From Octopus vulgaris (lineage: Eukaryota): 64,000 nucleotides of DNA. The notes under the pieces were generated by a model. The model searched no databases. It was not told the origin of the DNA and was given only the letters and a program-made list of their open reading frames with translations. A program made the translations under genes and the position numbers. The DNA lies in assembly GCA_951406725.2 (NCBI GenBank), contig OX597815.1:69936001-70000000 (forward strand). The letters run 5' to 3'. Of the stretch, positions 53,301-64,000 are shown one piece after another (the stretch's first letter is position 1; each line of letters begins with the position of its first letter).

Positions 53301-56300
53301 CAATCTGCATGAGAGCTTTGTCAGTATATTTTTGTGCTTTGTCCATGTAGCCCGCCTGCATGGAATGCATCACTGTAACCTGTAGAAGGAAGAGGGTAGC
53401 AACAGTGATGTTAGATACATATAGTGTTGATTTACCTATTGTTTGATCATGCCAGCATGGAAAGCAGATGTTAAATGAGGAGGATGATATATTAGTTAAT
53501 GTCAAGTATTTTGAATTAAAGTAATAGGGCTTAAGACAGTCATATATATGTGAAGGGGGTTAGGGTTTTGGTCTCATGATCATCATCATGTCATGGGTTC
53601 AATTCCTGAACTGGGGAGCAGTGTCTTTAGGCAAGGTGTTTCATTTCATTGTTAGTCGACCTAAATGAATGTGTGTCTGTGTGTCTCCTTATTTTGACAC
53701 TGCATAATAGTTGTAAACATTTGTCACCATCATACAACTGATACCCTTTGTTTCCAACCTTCCAATGTGAAACGTGACTAGCCATGAGGAAATACAATCT
53801 TGCCTGGAAACAGGTGAGGATTGGTGACAGGAAGGGCATCTGGGTGTAGAATATCTGCTTCAACAAACTTCATCCAACCCATGCAAGCATGGTAAAATAG
53901 ACATTAAAATGATGATAATGATAATCTTTAATGGTAGATGTGCAGTCTGTAGAAGTTGCTACCAATGTAAGATCTGTTACATTTATTACAAGTTATGCAG
54001 TATACCACATAGACCTATGAATATATACATCCACATTGTTGATAGGCCAGCTGACTAACATATAATGAAACCACTGCCAGACATATTTCCTCTGGGAAGA
54101 TCCAATGCATGCCAAATGTATATTCAACTTAACTCTATGAATCACTTGACAGCAATTTTAAAAAACAAGTGTTGTTTCAAGGAGGTAGAGAAGGCATGAA
54201 CTTTCTTTGTGGGTATATTATCAAGCTGATGCCCTAGCAAAGGATGCTGTGTAGCAGCATTCAAAATGGAACATAAAGTAAAATATGATACCACCCACCC
54301 ACTTGGAGAGCAGTAACCTCCAAACAAGAACTGACTCAAGCCATGAAAACATTTCCAACACATGCCATCATGAAAAGATGTAAAATGATCATGATGAAGA
54401 TGACAATTATGATGATGATGATGATGTTGGTGGTGTCAATGGTGCTTTTGTACTCAATAAAATCATTGTTTGTTATAGTCAAGAAATATAGTCAATATTT
54501 CATACACAATGCTAAACAAATATTGAACCGATAATGAATGATCAATACCTGAAATTGATTGATTTAGATGATATAATGAATTTTTAATGAAACTTTAGAC
54601 CAATGTAATCAATGATTAATACAACTTTAATCAATAACCAATATCTAAATATTTCAGAATAAAAAAAAATCTAAATGATTTGAGTTCAAGTCAGTATATG
54701 GGTATCAAATAAAATTTTCAGTCATACTCACAAGATAAACTAAGACACACATATGTTCTTTGGGTAACCATTGAAACTGGTCTATCTGGTTGCTAGAAAG
54801 TGGTTCTGTAAAAAAAAAATCAGGAAATGCATCATCAATAAAACTTGCAACACAGTTCTATAAACATATGAAACAAAAGAGAGAAATTCTTGTCTGATAT
54901 TGAATTTTCTTTTTCTGTTTTTAATAGACAAACTTTGCAGTCAATTTAAATATATTTACAACACATTGACCTGAGAAAAGGGTAGTTTCAGTGCAATCTG
55001 CCACCAAGAAAAATTCTTGCTAGAGGACAAAAATGTTAAAACATCAAAGTGATTTTATAGCACCCCCTATTGGGGTCTTCTATAACCCCAGACTGACAGA
55101 CTGACCAAAGCTTTGTGAGTGGATCTGGTAGTCAAAAACTACAAGAAGCCCATCATGTGTATGTGTAAATATAAATAAGTGTTTCGGATAACTCCCACCT
55201 GTTTCCTCTTGAAGCACATCTGCTTATTCCATTATCATAATCAATATGCATCCATTCATAGTCAGTGTTGTATGTAGATCAAAACACATTAAAATTGAGA
55301 ATTATGGAAATATTATTTGCAGAGTTGCTGAATAACAAAACAAGAAAATGGAAATTTTTTGGTACATGTGTAATAGAGATAAAATAATACCAAAGAACTT
55401 CATTTTTCTGTTTTATGTATGTGTGTATATATATAGGCTTAGAGGTTAGGATACTCAGCTCACAAACATGAGGTTGTGAGTTTAATTCTTGGCAATGCAT
55501 TGGGTCCTTCAGCAAGACACTTCATTTCATGTTGCTTCAGTCCACTCAGCTGGCAAAAATGATTAGTACTTGTATTTCAAAGGGCCAGCCCTGTCACATT
55601 CTGTATCATGCTGAAGCTTCTTTAGAATTATGTAGTAACTGACAAACTGTCAGTTAATTATATATATATATATACATATATATAACATTAATAATAAGGA
55701 GAATGGAACCTAACTGAGAGCAAACATGGTATCTGCTTATATATATATTGGGTCATCCTAATATTTTATTTTTCAAAATTAAGATAAAGTTCTTTTTTAA
55801 TCTAAAACATACTCTCCCTCATTTTCTACAATACTCTTCCACCTATCTGGTAGACTTACTTGCAAGGCCTCTCTTCAAAAGTCCACTTGTCCATGACGAA
55901 AAATACTCTTCTAGTGCTGTTCTGACCTTGTCTACAGAATTCATATTTTTTCTGTCCAAATGATTTTGAGGATTGCAGAATAAATGATAATCAGATGGGG
56001 CAATATCCAGGTAGGGTATCGTTTCCCATTCGAACTGCTCCAGCCTTTGGAATGTTATTCTTGCTATATGTAGCCAAGCATTATCCTGATGGAAGAACAT
56101 CTTTTGTTTTGAAACCAATGATAGCTGTTTTTCTTCTCACGCCAACTTGAGCCACTCAAGCTGCTAGAAGTAGATCTCCTTTGTTATCATTTGGTTTGGG
56201 TTTAAATGTTCAAATTGGACTAAATTTTTCATATCCTACCAAACAGATAACTTACATGGATGAAGACTTTCTTTAGCCAGGGGTGCCACTGTTTCTCCTT

Positions 56301-59300
56301 TCCCTAACCACTGTCATTGGCGCTTGACATTTTTAGAGAACCCATTTCTCTTCACCAATCACTATTCAGTCAAAAAAAGAGTACACATTCACTCGATGCA
56401 CATGATTAGACTCGGAAAGTTTGTGAGGAACCCATTGACCCAATTTGCTGACTTTTCCGATGGTATGCATGGAAAAGTAGACATTAAACAAGGATGAAAA
56501 TGACATATGATCAATGGATTAGACTCATCAATGGTATCTTATGATAATAAAAGAACACTGGATTTTAAATATAGAGTCATGTCTAACTAGTTTAATGTCT
56601 TTAGTTTTATTAATTATCTTTCAATTTTAAATAAAAAAATTTTTTTTTCAGCTTACCATCATCTGAATGTAACTGGGTAACTGTTTGTATACTCTGTTGT
56701 AACTGTTTTAAACATGGTTTTACACTTTTTACCTGAAAGACAACAAAAAACAAACAAATAACTGATTTGGCATTAAATTAACTGATTTCTGATACTGAAA
56801 TAAGAATTAATTAATAATTAACAGGAGATATTAACCCTTTCATCATTGTATTTCTACTGAAGTACACTTCCTTCATTTGAAAATAATGAAAAATTTAGTG
56901 AAATAACTCAGTCATTATTAGACTGGTATTTAGAGTACAAATTAACATGTAATTTTGATGGAAAGCTTTTAATTTAGATCACTTTAAAACAGGAAGTTTG
57001 TATCATAGAGCCAGAGGCATTCATTCTCAGGTGAGTTGATATCAAAAGAGCCAAGAGAATTAAAAATTTAATTAAAACAAACATTAGATTATGCTCCATT
57101 CTGCTGATATACATTTTTGTTTTTGGAAAAGCATCTGCATATAATATAATTCAATATAAAAGTTGGTTGATTAATTTTTCCAGTCACATTTTACATCATA
57201 TAGAGAGGGAGTGAGAGAAATGGGCAAGTGCATAAACTAGACTTGATGCAGGAGGAGGAGAGGGAATAAATCATAGTAATTATGGGAGGAGTTATGCAAA
57301 TGAGAAATTTGGTTTATTTAAATTTATTTTAGTGATACATAATTTGATTTAGAAAATTAGTATTCATTTCCTCATTTTGTATAAGCATCAAGTAACACGA
57401 TAAAAGATGAATTATAATTATTATATGTATGTCATGTGAAGGCACATGGCTCAGTGGTTAGAGCGTTGAGCTTACAATCATGAGGTAGTGAGTTCAATTC
57501 CTGGACCAGGCTGCATGTTGTGTTCTTGAGCAAGACACTTTATTTCACGTTGCTCCAGTTAACTCAGCTGTGGAAATGAGTTGTGACATCACTGGTGCCA
57601 AGTTGTATCGGCCTTTGCCTTTCCCTTGGATAACATCAGTGGTGTGGAGAGAGGAGGCTGGTATGCATTGGCGACTGCTGGCCTTCCATAAACAGCCTTG
57701 CCCGGACTTGTACCTCAGAGGGTAACTTTCTAGGTGCAATCCCATGGTCATTCATGACCAAAGGGGGTCTCCCATGTATGTCATATTTACTGCTATTACT
57801 CACTGTAGCAAAAATATACTTCAAAGTTACTCATGTTAAACACTTTAGTAGTAAAATAATTCTAAAACTTTTATCTTTGTGTTCCAATCATTGGACTGCA
57901 ACCATTCTGGGGCACCACCCTGAAGGGTTTAGACTAATAAAACCATATGGTTGCAAAGTGAACTTCTTAACCACACAGCTACTTCTGTGCCAATGGCTAC
58001 CACCTACATCTATGCTCACACCTGTGCCTTGACAAGTAAAGAATATATCACAACCAACAGACAATTCCAATAAATATCTTACTTAGAAAAATGAAATATA
58101 TCAATAACAAAGGAAATGACACATCATCATCATCATTTAGCATTTGTTTTCCATACTGGCATAGGTAAGATGGCTTGACTGGGGCTGGTAAACCGGAGAG
58201 CTGCACCAGGCTCCATCTGTTTTGGTTTGGTTTCTACAGCTGGTTGCCCTTCCTAATGCCAACCATTCCACAGAGTGTACTGGCTATCTTTATTGTGTCA
58301 CCAGCACAGGTGCCCTTCGCATGTCACTGGCACAGGTGCCTTGCGCATGTCACCAGCAATGGCCACAGCTACAATTTCACTTAGCTTGACACATTTAGAT
58401 TTAAAAGTTGAATGATGAAAATTAAAAGTTGAATGATGAAAATTAAAAGTTTGAATGACAAAGGTCAAAAAGAAAAAAAGGAAAAAACAATATATTATAT
58501 ACACACCTGCCCAGCCATTAAATAGTGACAAACTTGAAGAACTAAGAAAAATACATTAAGAGATTCTTTTTGAGTTGGTGATCCTTGATAACGTTCAATT
58601 AAAGCACCGGCCATTGAAAGAACCTCCTTCACCTCAGGCATCTTTTTATCAACTAATAGTAACTAGAAATAAAGAAACAAGAAAATCAAACAGGCACAAA
58701 TAATTAATAAAGACAGACAAAATAAAATTTAAAAACTAACACTAACATTAATCCAACTTTAAATTCAACATTAAATCATATCTGTTATCCCCTCTCTATA
58801 TGTGCCATGCATAAGGGCATCAAAGATCATGAACATCCATGCCCAAGTATTAAGATTTATGATTTTTCTTGGGAACGATACAAAAGTGATTTTTCTGTTT
58901 ACCTTCTGTTTGTTCAGTTAAAGTTTACTGTTAGTCTCCTGCTCTCTTGAACTTATCCCTTAACCCTTTAGCATTTAATCTGGCCATACCCAGCCCAAAT
59001 AATCTGGGGGGTTTTTTGTTAAAACTGACCAGAACCAACCTCTCATACCTACCCTACAATGTCATTCTAAAAATATACAAACACCTTGAAGCTACAAAAT
59101 AATGCAAGATTAATTCAAAGCAATGTGAATAAATAAGCAATACATTTGGCAAAAAAATCTGAACGCGAAAAGATTAAGTACAGTTTAAGCTTTAACTCTT
59201 AGGCAAGGAGACTGATTCATGTAACAGCAGAGCATATCCCATATACTGGTGGCCCTGTGTAATACATGAATAAAGGCTAGTGCTCCTCCAAATCCTTTAT

Positions 59301-60050
59301 GCATTACCCACTGGACATTTCCAAAGATGAGTAAAAGATTTGTTAATGGAAGGCCTACAAATAAACCACATTGCAACAATCTGGGACTAAAAATATTCAG
59401 AGGAGAGCAAAAAAAAAAATAAACTACAGGTGGAGTAAGAAGCATTAACTTTGCAATGAGATGGAACTTACCATTCCTTTACTGAGTAGAAACAATAGGC
59501 GTAGGTAATCAGACTTGGCTGACAAAGCAAAATCGGAACCAACACCCAATAACTGGCATGCAGACACATAGTCTCGTTCAGAGGCATGGATTTGCTGATC
59601 AAAGGGAAAAAAAAATAAAATAAAAATTAAAAAAAATTCTATTTAAAACAATGCAATAAACAAAATTATTCCAAATAAAATGGTCAATTTAACTGAGATC
59701 TAGTTGCAGAGATGTTCAGATTTATCAGTTTATAGGCAGAGGCTTTAATTCCTAATTTAACTAAAAGTATACATATAAAAAATATGAGAGATCACTATAT
59801 GGATCCCTTGTGTGTATACACACAGGTGCAGTGATGCAAACAGAATAAATAGAATTCAAAATATGAGTAAATTAATATCTCCATTGATATTAAGCAGAAG
59901 CAACAGAGTGACTCAAGGGACGAGAGTTTCGGACATTGGCACTTATCAAACTAGTTTGATAAGTGCCAACACACAAAACTTTCAGCCTTGATAAGTGCCA
60001 ATGCACGAAACTCTTGGTCCTTGAATCACTCTATTACTTCTGCTATATAT

Positions 60051-60101
<51 letters not shown>

Positions 60102-63100
60102 ACCTTTCTTTTTAGTTGGCATGTAAATAATAGACAACTTAGTGTGCTATAAACTTCCTGTTCAATCAAATCAACAAATAAATTCTAGTTGGAACCACTT
60201 CATTTTATTTCCACTACTTATGTCCTTGACAAAGGCACAAACATTACAATACACATTTCTATTTCCCCAAAATTTCTGGTCTCATTATCTATGGCAGAAA
60301 CTAATATTAATGCCGCAATTATATTATTGTTTCTACTCCTGGGAATTTTATCCTCATTAATAGAATAGTGGAACTGAAGAAAAGGCAGATATTTAGAGTA
60401 TTCAGAACAAGCCTTGTACTTTCACCATTTTTTTCATCATTGATACAATAAGCACCAAATAAGTACTGGGATTGATTTAATGACTAAACTGCCCCTTATA
60501 ATGTGTCGCCTTGTGCCTATGTCAGTAATCTATTATTATTATAAGTGAGCTAACATTTAAGGTGATGAGCTGGCAGAATCGTTAGCATGCTGGCCAAAAT
60601 GCTTAGCATTTCGTTCATCTTTACATTCTAAATCCAAATTCTGCAGAGATCAACTTTGCTTTTTATCCTTTCAGGGTTGCTAAATTAAGTACCAGTCAAG
60701 CACTGGGGTTGATGCAATCAACTACAACCCTTACCCACAAATTTCAGCCCTTGTGCTCATAGTAGAAAGGATTATTGTTAAGATAGTAAACAGACAGAAT
60801 GTTAGCACATCAAACAAAATGCTTAGCATTTCTTCTGGTCCTTTATTGGCAAACTGCCAAAGGTCACGATCACCCGAAGCAATAATATCCTTTGGTGACC
60901 TGCTGTATCTAAGTTCATTTGTTACATTGTTTGTTTTTCCATAACATGGCTTGGACAGAAATTGATTTTGAGGCAGGATTTTAGTCAGATGCCCTTTTTA
61001 TTACCAATTCTCACCTGTTCGTTTGTTTGTTTGTTTTTTAAAGAAGGGAATTTTTTATTTCACAGGTCTTCAAAAGCAAAGAACAACCAATAACAGTGTC
61101 AACAAGGAGTGTAAACATCATCAATGCACCTACATGCACATGGACGGAGACACACACATACACACACAGTTTCCATCTATCAAATTCATTCAGAAGGCAT
61201 TATTCAATACAAATCTATCCAACATAAGAAGCAATACTTACTGCAAGATGGAAAAGTAGTCGACAATGCCAATAGGGAGCTTGCTGTGACACCTCAATTG
61301 CCTTTTTCAAAATAGGTTTAGCACGGTCTACTTGCTGCTATAAACGTTCAATTAAAACTCGAGTAAGACAAGATTATGGATCGCAAAAGAAAAAAAAAGA
61401 TTTCATATATCTAACATAGTTTGAAGAATAAGGTAAACTCAAATATTTCCTCAAAAGGATTTTTCATGACCCAAGTTCCTCGCTGAGTCGCTTTAACAAA
61501 ATTTTCAATTTAGTCTATTCATCTGTCGCTTATAATTTTCAATCATTTAGATACAGAGTGCAACAAAACAAACTTCTCACATTTTATAGGTTGACAAATG
61601 TTTCAACAAATGCATGGTGTGCACCTGGAAAAAAACTGTAAAACAGTTGCTACATGAAGGTACCATTACCACCTGATAAACTTCACTCATAACACACCAA
61701 TGGCCGTGTAAAATATGGGAGATTTATCCACTCACACACTTCAAATCACAAATAGTCCACTCAACCTGGTTAAAAACGGGACCTTAAAATGTAGTTTTAA
61801 AAACAAAGGCAGAAGTGAGTGCTCACAACATCATTAGTAAACTTACAAACATGACATGGGGCACAAATCCTCAGACCCAACATTCAACTAGTTTAGTTCC
61901 TTATCACCACTAACCCACATAAGTAAGATCTAACTATGTTAAGAAACTAGGTCCAGCCCTCCATGACTCCTACCAAATTTGATCAGGACACAGCCCCACC
62001 AGTTAATGGCTCAACAACCAGTATGAAGGAAGGTCAGCACCAATAACAAATTGATAGATGTTACTCTGTTTTATCAAAATCCAATTCAGAGTCACAAGAC
62101 CCAAGCAGGATTTCTACACATCAAAGGCACAGAGAAATGTGTTCAACATCAACCAAACAAAATCTAAACTTTTTGTTTTTTTAAACTTTTAGTAATCAAA
62201 TGAAAATGCATGGTCTTATGGTCAGGATGTTGCACTCACAATCACAAGATTATGGTTTTGATTCTCAGAGCGAGTAGTGCATTGTGTTCTTGAGCAAAAC
62301 ATTTCATTTTACATTGCTCCAGTTCACACAGCTGTAAAGGAGTTCCAGCAACAGCTGAGAAGTTAACCCTGCAATGGACCAGTGTCCTATTCAGGGGGAA
62401 GTGTTGAAATCTTAGTCACTTATACACCAGGGAAACTAGGTTAAGCTCTGACCTTATGAGCTTTAAGTTTCATGACAGACCTAAGCCTGAATCAGAATGG
62501 AAGGCAATGTCGATGAGCCTTTACAGGGCCTTCAAGATTGTTGGGAGGGAGTCTGCGTATCTTCAGACCAAACATCTGGCCTGAATACTTGCAAAAAGAA
62601 TAAGGTCCACTTACAGTTCCCAAGGTACGAAGTGGTGGTTTTGAAGTGAGTAACGGACAGAAGTAAACTCAATAAAATGACTAAGTCCTTGCTGTAAGAA
62701 ATGGTAGCACTGTAAACTTGATGAGTGTTCAGTTCCTCTTGTAAGTATAGTTCTGTCAAACTAACTAACTTTAAACATATGATATATAAAACAGAGACTT
62801 TTCAGTGGCACCTGTACAACCAAAAGGTTTCTGGGTTTCACAATTATAAATTAGTCTCCAGAGGAGGAAGATTAGTGCCTCTAGCCTTTCCAGAGCTTCT
62901 AAGCCAACAGACAACTGGTTCATCATCATCATTTAACCTCCTCCTTCCATGCTGGCATGGGCTGGATGGTTTGACAGGAGCTGGCCAGAAGACTACACCA
63001 GGTTACTGTGTCTGTTTTGGCATAGTTTTTACAGTTGGATACCCTTCCAAATGTCAACCACTTCATAGTGTGGACTGGATGCTTTTTACAGGGCACCAGC

Positions 63101-63572
63101 AGAGTTACCAAGTAACTTGCAAGACAAGAAATTTTGGATATCATTCATAAAATGTAAATGACTATACAGAGATCTTTGATAACTTTTACAATGCAGCACA
63201 CATTCATAATTTCAATATAATTTATTATTTAATCTCTTGCATTACAAACCATTAATTTATGAGATCAAACAATTACAACTGCAGTGTGCCCTGATTTTCT
63301 TAAGTCTACCAAGCTATAATGAAACAGTTGCCATTTAACAGTAAACCCAACTTTAACAATTTATCTTCAAATGTACACATCTAACAGAAATATTTAGAAT
63401 GGAAATTCAAGTGAAAAGGAAATTACAAGAAAGATGGAGGGAATGTTGTCAGAACTGAGGACTGAAAAAGAAATTTAAAAAAGATATAAAAACAAGAAGC
63501 ACCTACCTGCTTTTCATAAATCTGTGCCAAAACACTAGCTGCTTCAAACCGTACATCATCTGCAGCAGCCAT
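37747..63572 (-). CDS. MAU2: MAU2/Scc4 cohesin loading factor, 5'-partial spliced CDS (16 exons, 510 aa visible)
   Basis: Manually spliced exons give a continuous frame matching MAU2 motifs I recognise ([72 protein letters not shown]); all introns GT-AG; ends in TGA at 37747-37749. Confidence 0.97.
39255..39485 (-). mobile_element. RTE LINE 3' fragment
   Basis: LREMLGIR...[13 protein letters not shown]. Confidence 0.6.
40278..40405 (-). CDS. MAU2: MAU2 exon (128 nt) [43 protein letters not shown]
   Basis: tag|AC...CAA|gtaagt, phase 1-0. Confidence 0.95.
41746..41836 (-). CDS. MAU2: MAU2 exon (91 nt) [30 protein letters not shown]
   Basis: cag|GAA...G|gtaatt, phase 0-1. Confidence 0.97.
43379..43490 (-). 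CDS. MAU2: MAU2 exon (112 nt) [37 protein letters not shown]
   Basis: cag|A...AGG|gtaaat, phase 2-0. Confidence 0.97.
45780..45857 (-). CDS. MAU2: MAU2 exon (78 nt) [27 protein letters not shown]
   Basis: cag|C...AA|gtaagt, phase 2-2. Confidence 0.95.
46387..46546 (-). mobile_element. Fold-back Penelope-like terminus with a mutated hammerhead core
   Basis: IR ~46387-46434 / 46499-46546; minus strand CTGATGA-A-GGCTG...CAGCC-AAAA. Confidence 0.65.
47924..48057 (-). CDS. MAU2: MAU2 exon (134 nt) [44 protein letters not shown]
   Basis: cag|CTT...AC|gtaagt, phase 0-2; NLAIVYLR resembles human NLASVYIR. Confidence 0.92.
49362..49427 (-). CDS. MAU2: MAU2 exon (66 nt) [22 protein letters not shown]
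   Basis: tag|GGC...AAA|gtaagt, phase 0-0. Confidence 0.95.
49639..49891. mobile_element. hAT (Charlie-like) MITE
   Basis: TIRs CAGTGGTTCTCAA/TTGAGAACCGCTG; TSD ggttagat/tgttagat. Confidence 0.85.
50197..50274 (-). CDS. MAU2: MAU2 exon (78 nt) [26 protein letters not shown]
   Basis: cag|ATC...TTA|gtgagt, phase 0-0. Confidence 0.95.
51992..52095 (-). CDS. MAU2: MAU2 exon (104 nt) [35 protein letters not shown]
   Basis: cag|TG...GAA|gtaagt, phase 1-0. Confidence 0.96.
53289..53379 (-). CDS. MAU2: MAU2 exon (91 nt) [30 protein letters not shown]
   Basis: cag|GTT...A|gtaatt, phase 0-1. Confidence 0.96.
54732..54805 (-). CDS. MAU2: MAU2 exon (74 nt) [25 protein letters not shown]
   Basis: cag|AA...CTT|gtgagt, phase 1-0. 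Confidence 0.95.
55748..56465 (-). pseudogene. Degraded mariner transposase in a MAU2 intron
   Basis: [33 protein letters not shown] motifs; TA + TTGGGTCATCC terminus. Confidence 0.85.
56657..56732 (-). CDS. MAU2: MAU2 exon (76 nt) [25 protein letters not shown]
   Basis: cag|GTA...G|gtaagc, phase 0-1. Confidence 0.95.
58130..58390 (+). mobile_element. Dispersed retroposon-like repeat (family D)
   Basis: CCATGCTGGCATGGG...GGATGCCCTTCCTAATGCCAACC consensus; copies near 36450, 39650, 41270, 44940(-), 50750-51025, 53750(-), 62930. Confidence 0.7.
58507..58662 (-). CDS. MAU2: MAU2 exon (156 nt) [11 protein letters not shown]...[22 protein letters not shown]
   Basis: tag|TTA...CAG|gtgtgt, phase 0-0. 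Confidence 0.95.
58960..59177. mobile_element. piggyBac-like MITE family 2
   Basis: Starts TTAACCCTTTAGCATTTAA; other copies end GAATGCTAAAGGGTTA(A): ~34230-34397, 45530-45745, 46130-46297. Confidence 0.6.
59472..59594 (-). CDS. MAU2: MAU2 exon (123 nt) [41 protein letters not shown]
   Basis: cag|CAA...ATG|gtaagt, phase 0-0. Confidence 0.95.
59893..60044. mobile_element. Fold-back Penelope-like terminus with three hammerhead-like repeats, next to (TA)n
   Basis: IR ~59893-59949 / 59988-60044; a third partial copy at ~59957-59981. Confidence 0.65.
59988..60019 (+). ncRNA. Minimal type-I hammerhead-like motif, U3:A8 variant
   Basis: TTGATAA / GTGC-CAAT-GCAC / GAAA-C-TCTTG-GTC. Confidence 0.6.
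61242..61337 (-). CDS. MAU2: MAU2 exon (96 nt) [32 protein letters not shown]
   Basis: tag|CAG...GCA|gtaagt, phase 0-0. Confidence 0.95.
63507..63572 (-). CDS. MAU2: MAU2 exon (66 nt) [22 protein letters not shown]
   Basis: aag|ATG...CAG|gtaggt; aligns to human IPQFEDVKFEAASLLSELYCQE. Confidence 0.9.
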
Positions 63573-63581
63573 CTTTGTAAC

Positions 63582-63589
63582 GTTAAGGA
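63582..63589 (-). promoter_or_regulatory. U12-type (minor spliceosome) branch-point sequence TCCTTAAC
   Basis: Minus strand reads TCCTTAAC-GTTACAAAG|exon, with no polypyrimidine tract. Confidence 0.75.
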
Positions 63590-64000
63590 CAATATATTGA
63601 CAAGTATAAAACATTGATATATATTATATGAAGCAATGCCTAAGTAAAGAGAGTACTCATTACATGATTGAGAGTATGTGATGTAAGTGTACGCATGAGT
63701 CAAGAGTAAATACTCAAGCTAGACATAAAGAAAATTGTCAACACTAAACTTCATCACTATAATGTATAAAATTAGTTTAACAAAAATATTTGCTTATATG
63801 TGTATACATACATGATAGATGTTAGATGAGCATGACCATTGCTGACAGGTAAGCGTCAGCTGTGCACAAGCAATGGTTTTAAGTTGAGTGCAGCTTGCAC
63901 AATACCAAAATGACTCTCACTAGCAATACCAAGAAGCCCAGAGACAAGCAAAGAGCAAGATATCCAGCTCAGTAGAGCAGCAGGTTTTATATATGAGTTA

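Noticed and set aside
58401-58450. Short tandem repeat TTAAAAGTTGAATGATGAAAA
   Set aside because: Simple local duplication with no spacers; not CRISPR-like.
63570-63572. ATG as the MAU2 start codon
   Set aside because: About 100 aa of conserved N-terminus are missing and a splice acceptor directly precedes it; this is an internal exon.

Overview
Eukaryotic, AT-rich, microsatellite- and SINE-dense DNA. The repeat content looks like an octopus/coleoid cephalopod genome (my inference, not a database result). The right half holds the 3' 16 coding exons of the cohesin loader gene MAU2 (Scc4) on the minus strand, 37747-63572. All splice sites are GT-AG, phases are consistent, and the exons sum to 1533 nt (510 aa + stop); the 5' exons lie beyond the window. 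A probable ~6.6 kb 3'UTR ends at an AATAAA plus GU-rich element near 31170-31197. The left half (1-31 kb) is mostly transposon debris: tRNA-derived SINEs, RTE LINE pieces, Penelope-like GIY-YIG remnants, Tigger and mariner fossils, hAT MITEs, a non-autonomous Helitron and many microsatellites. Nearly all ORFs in the supplied track are microsatellite artefacts. Most notable observations: (i) fold-back Penelope-like remnants carrying minimal hammerhead-ribozyme cores, including a U3:A8 variant; (ii) a U12-type branch site before the first visible MAU2 exon; (iii) a CpG-decay boundary matching the predicted MAU2 transcript end. I cannot demonstrate a wholly new biological system here.
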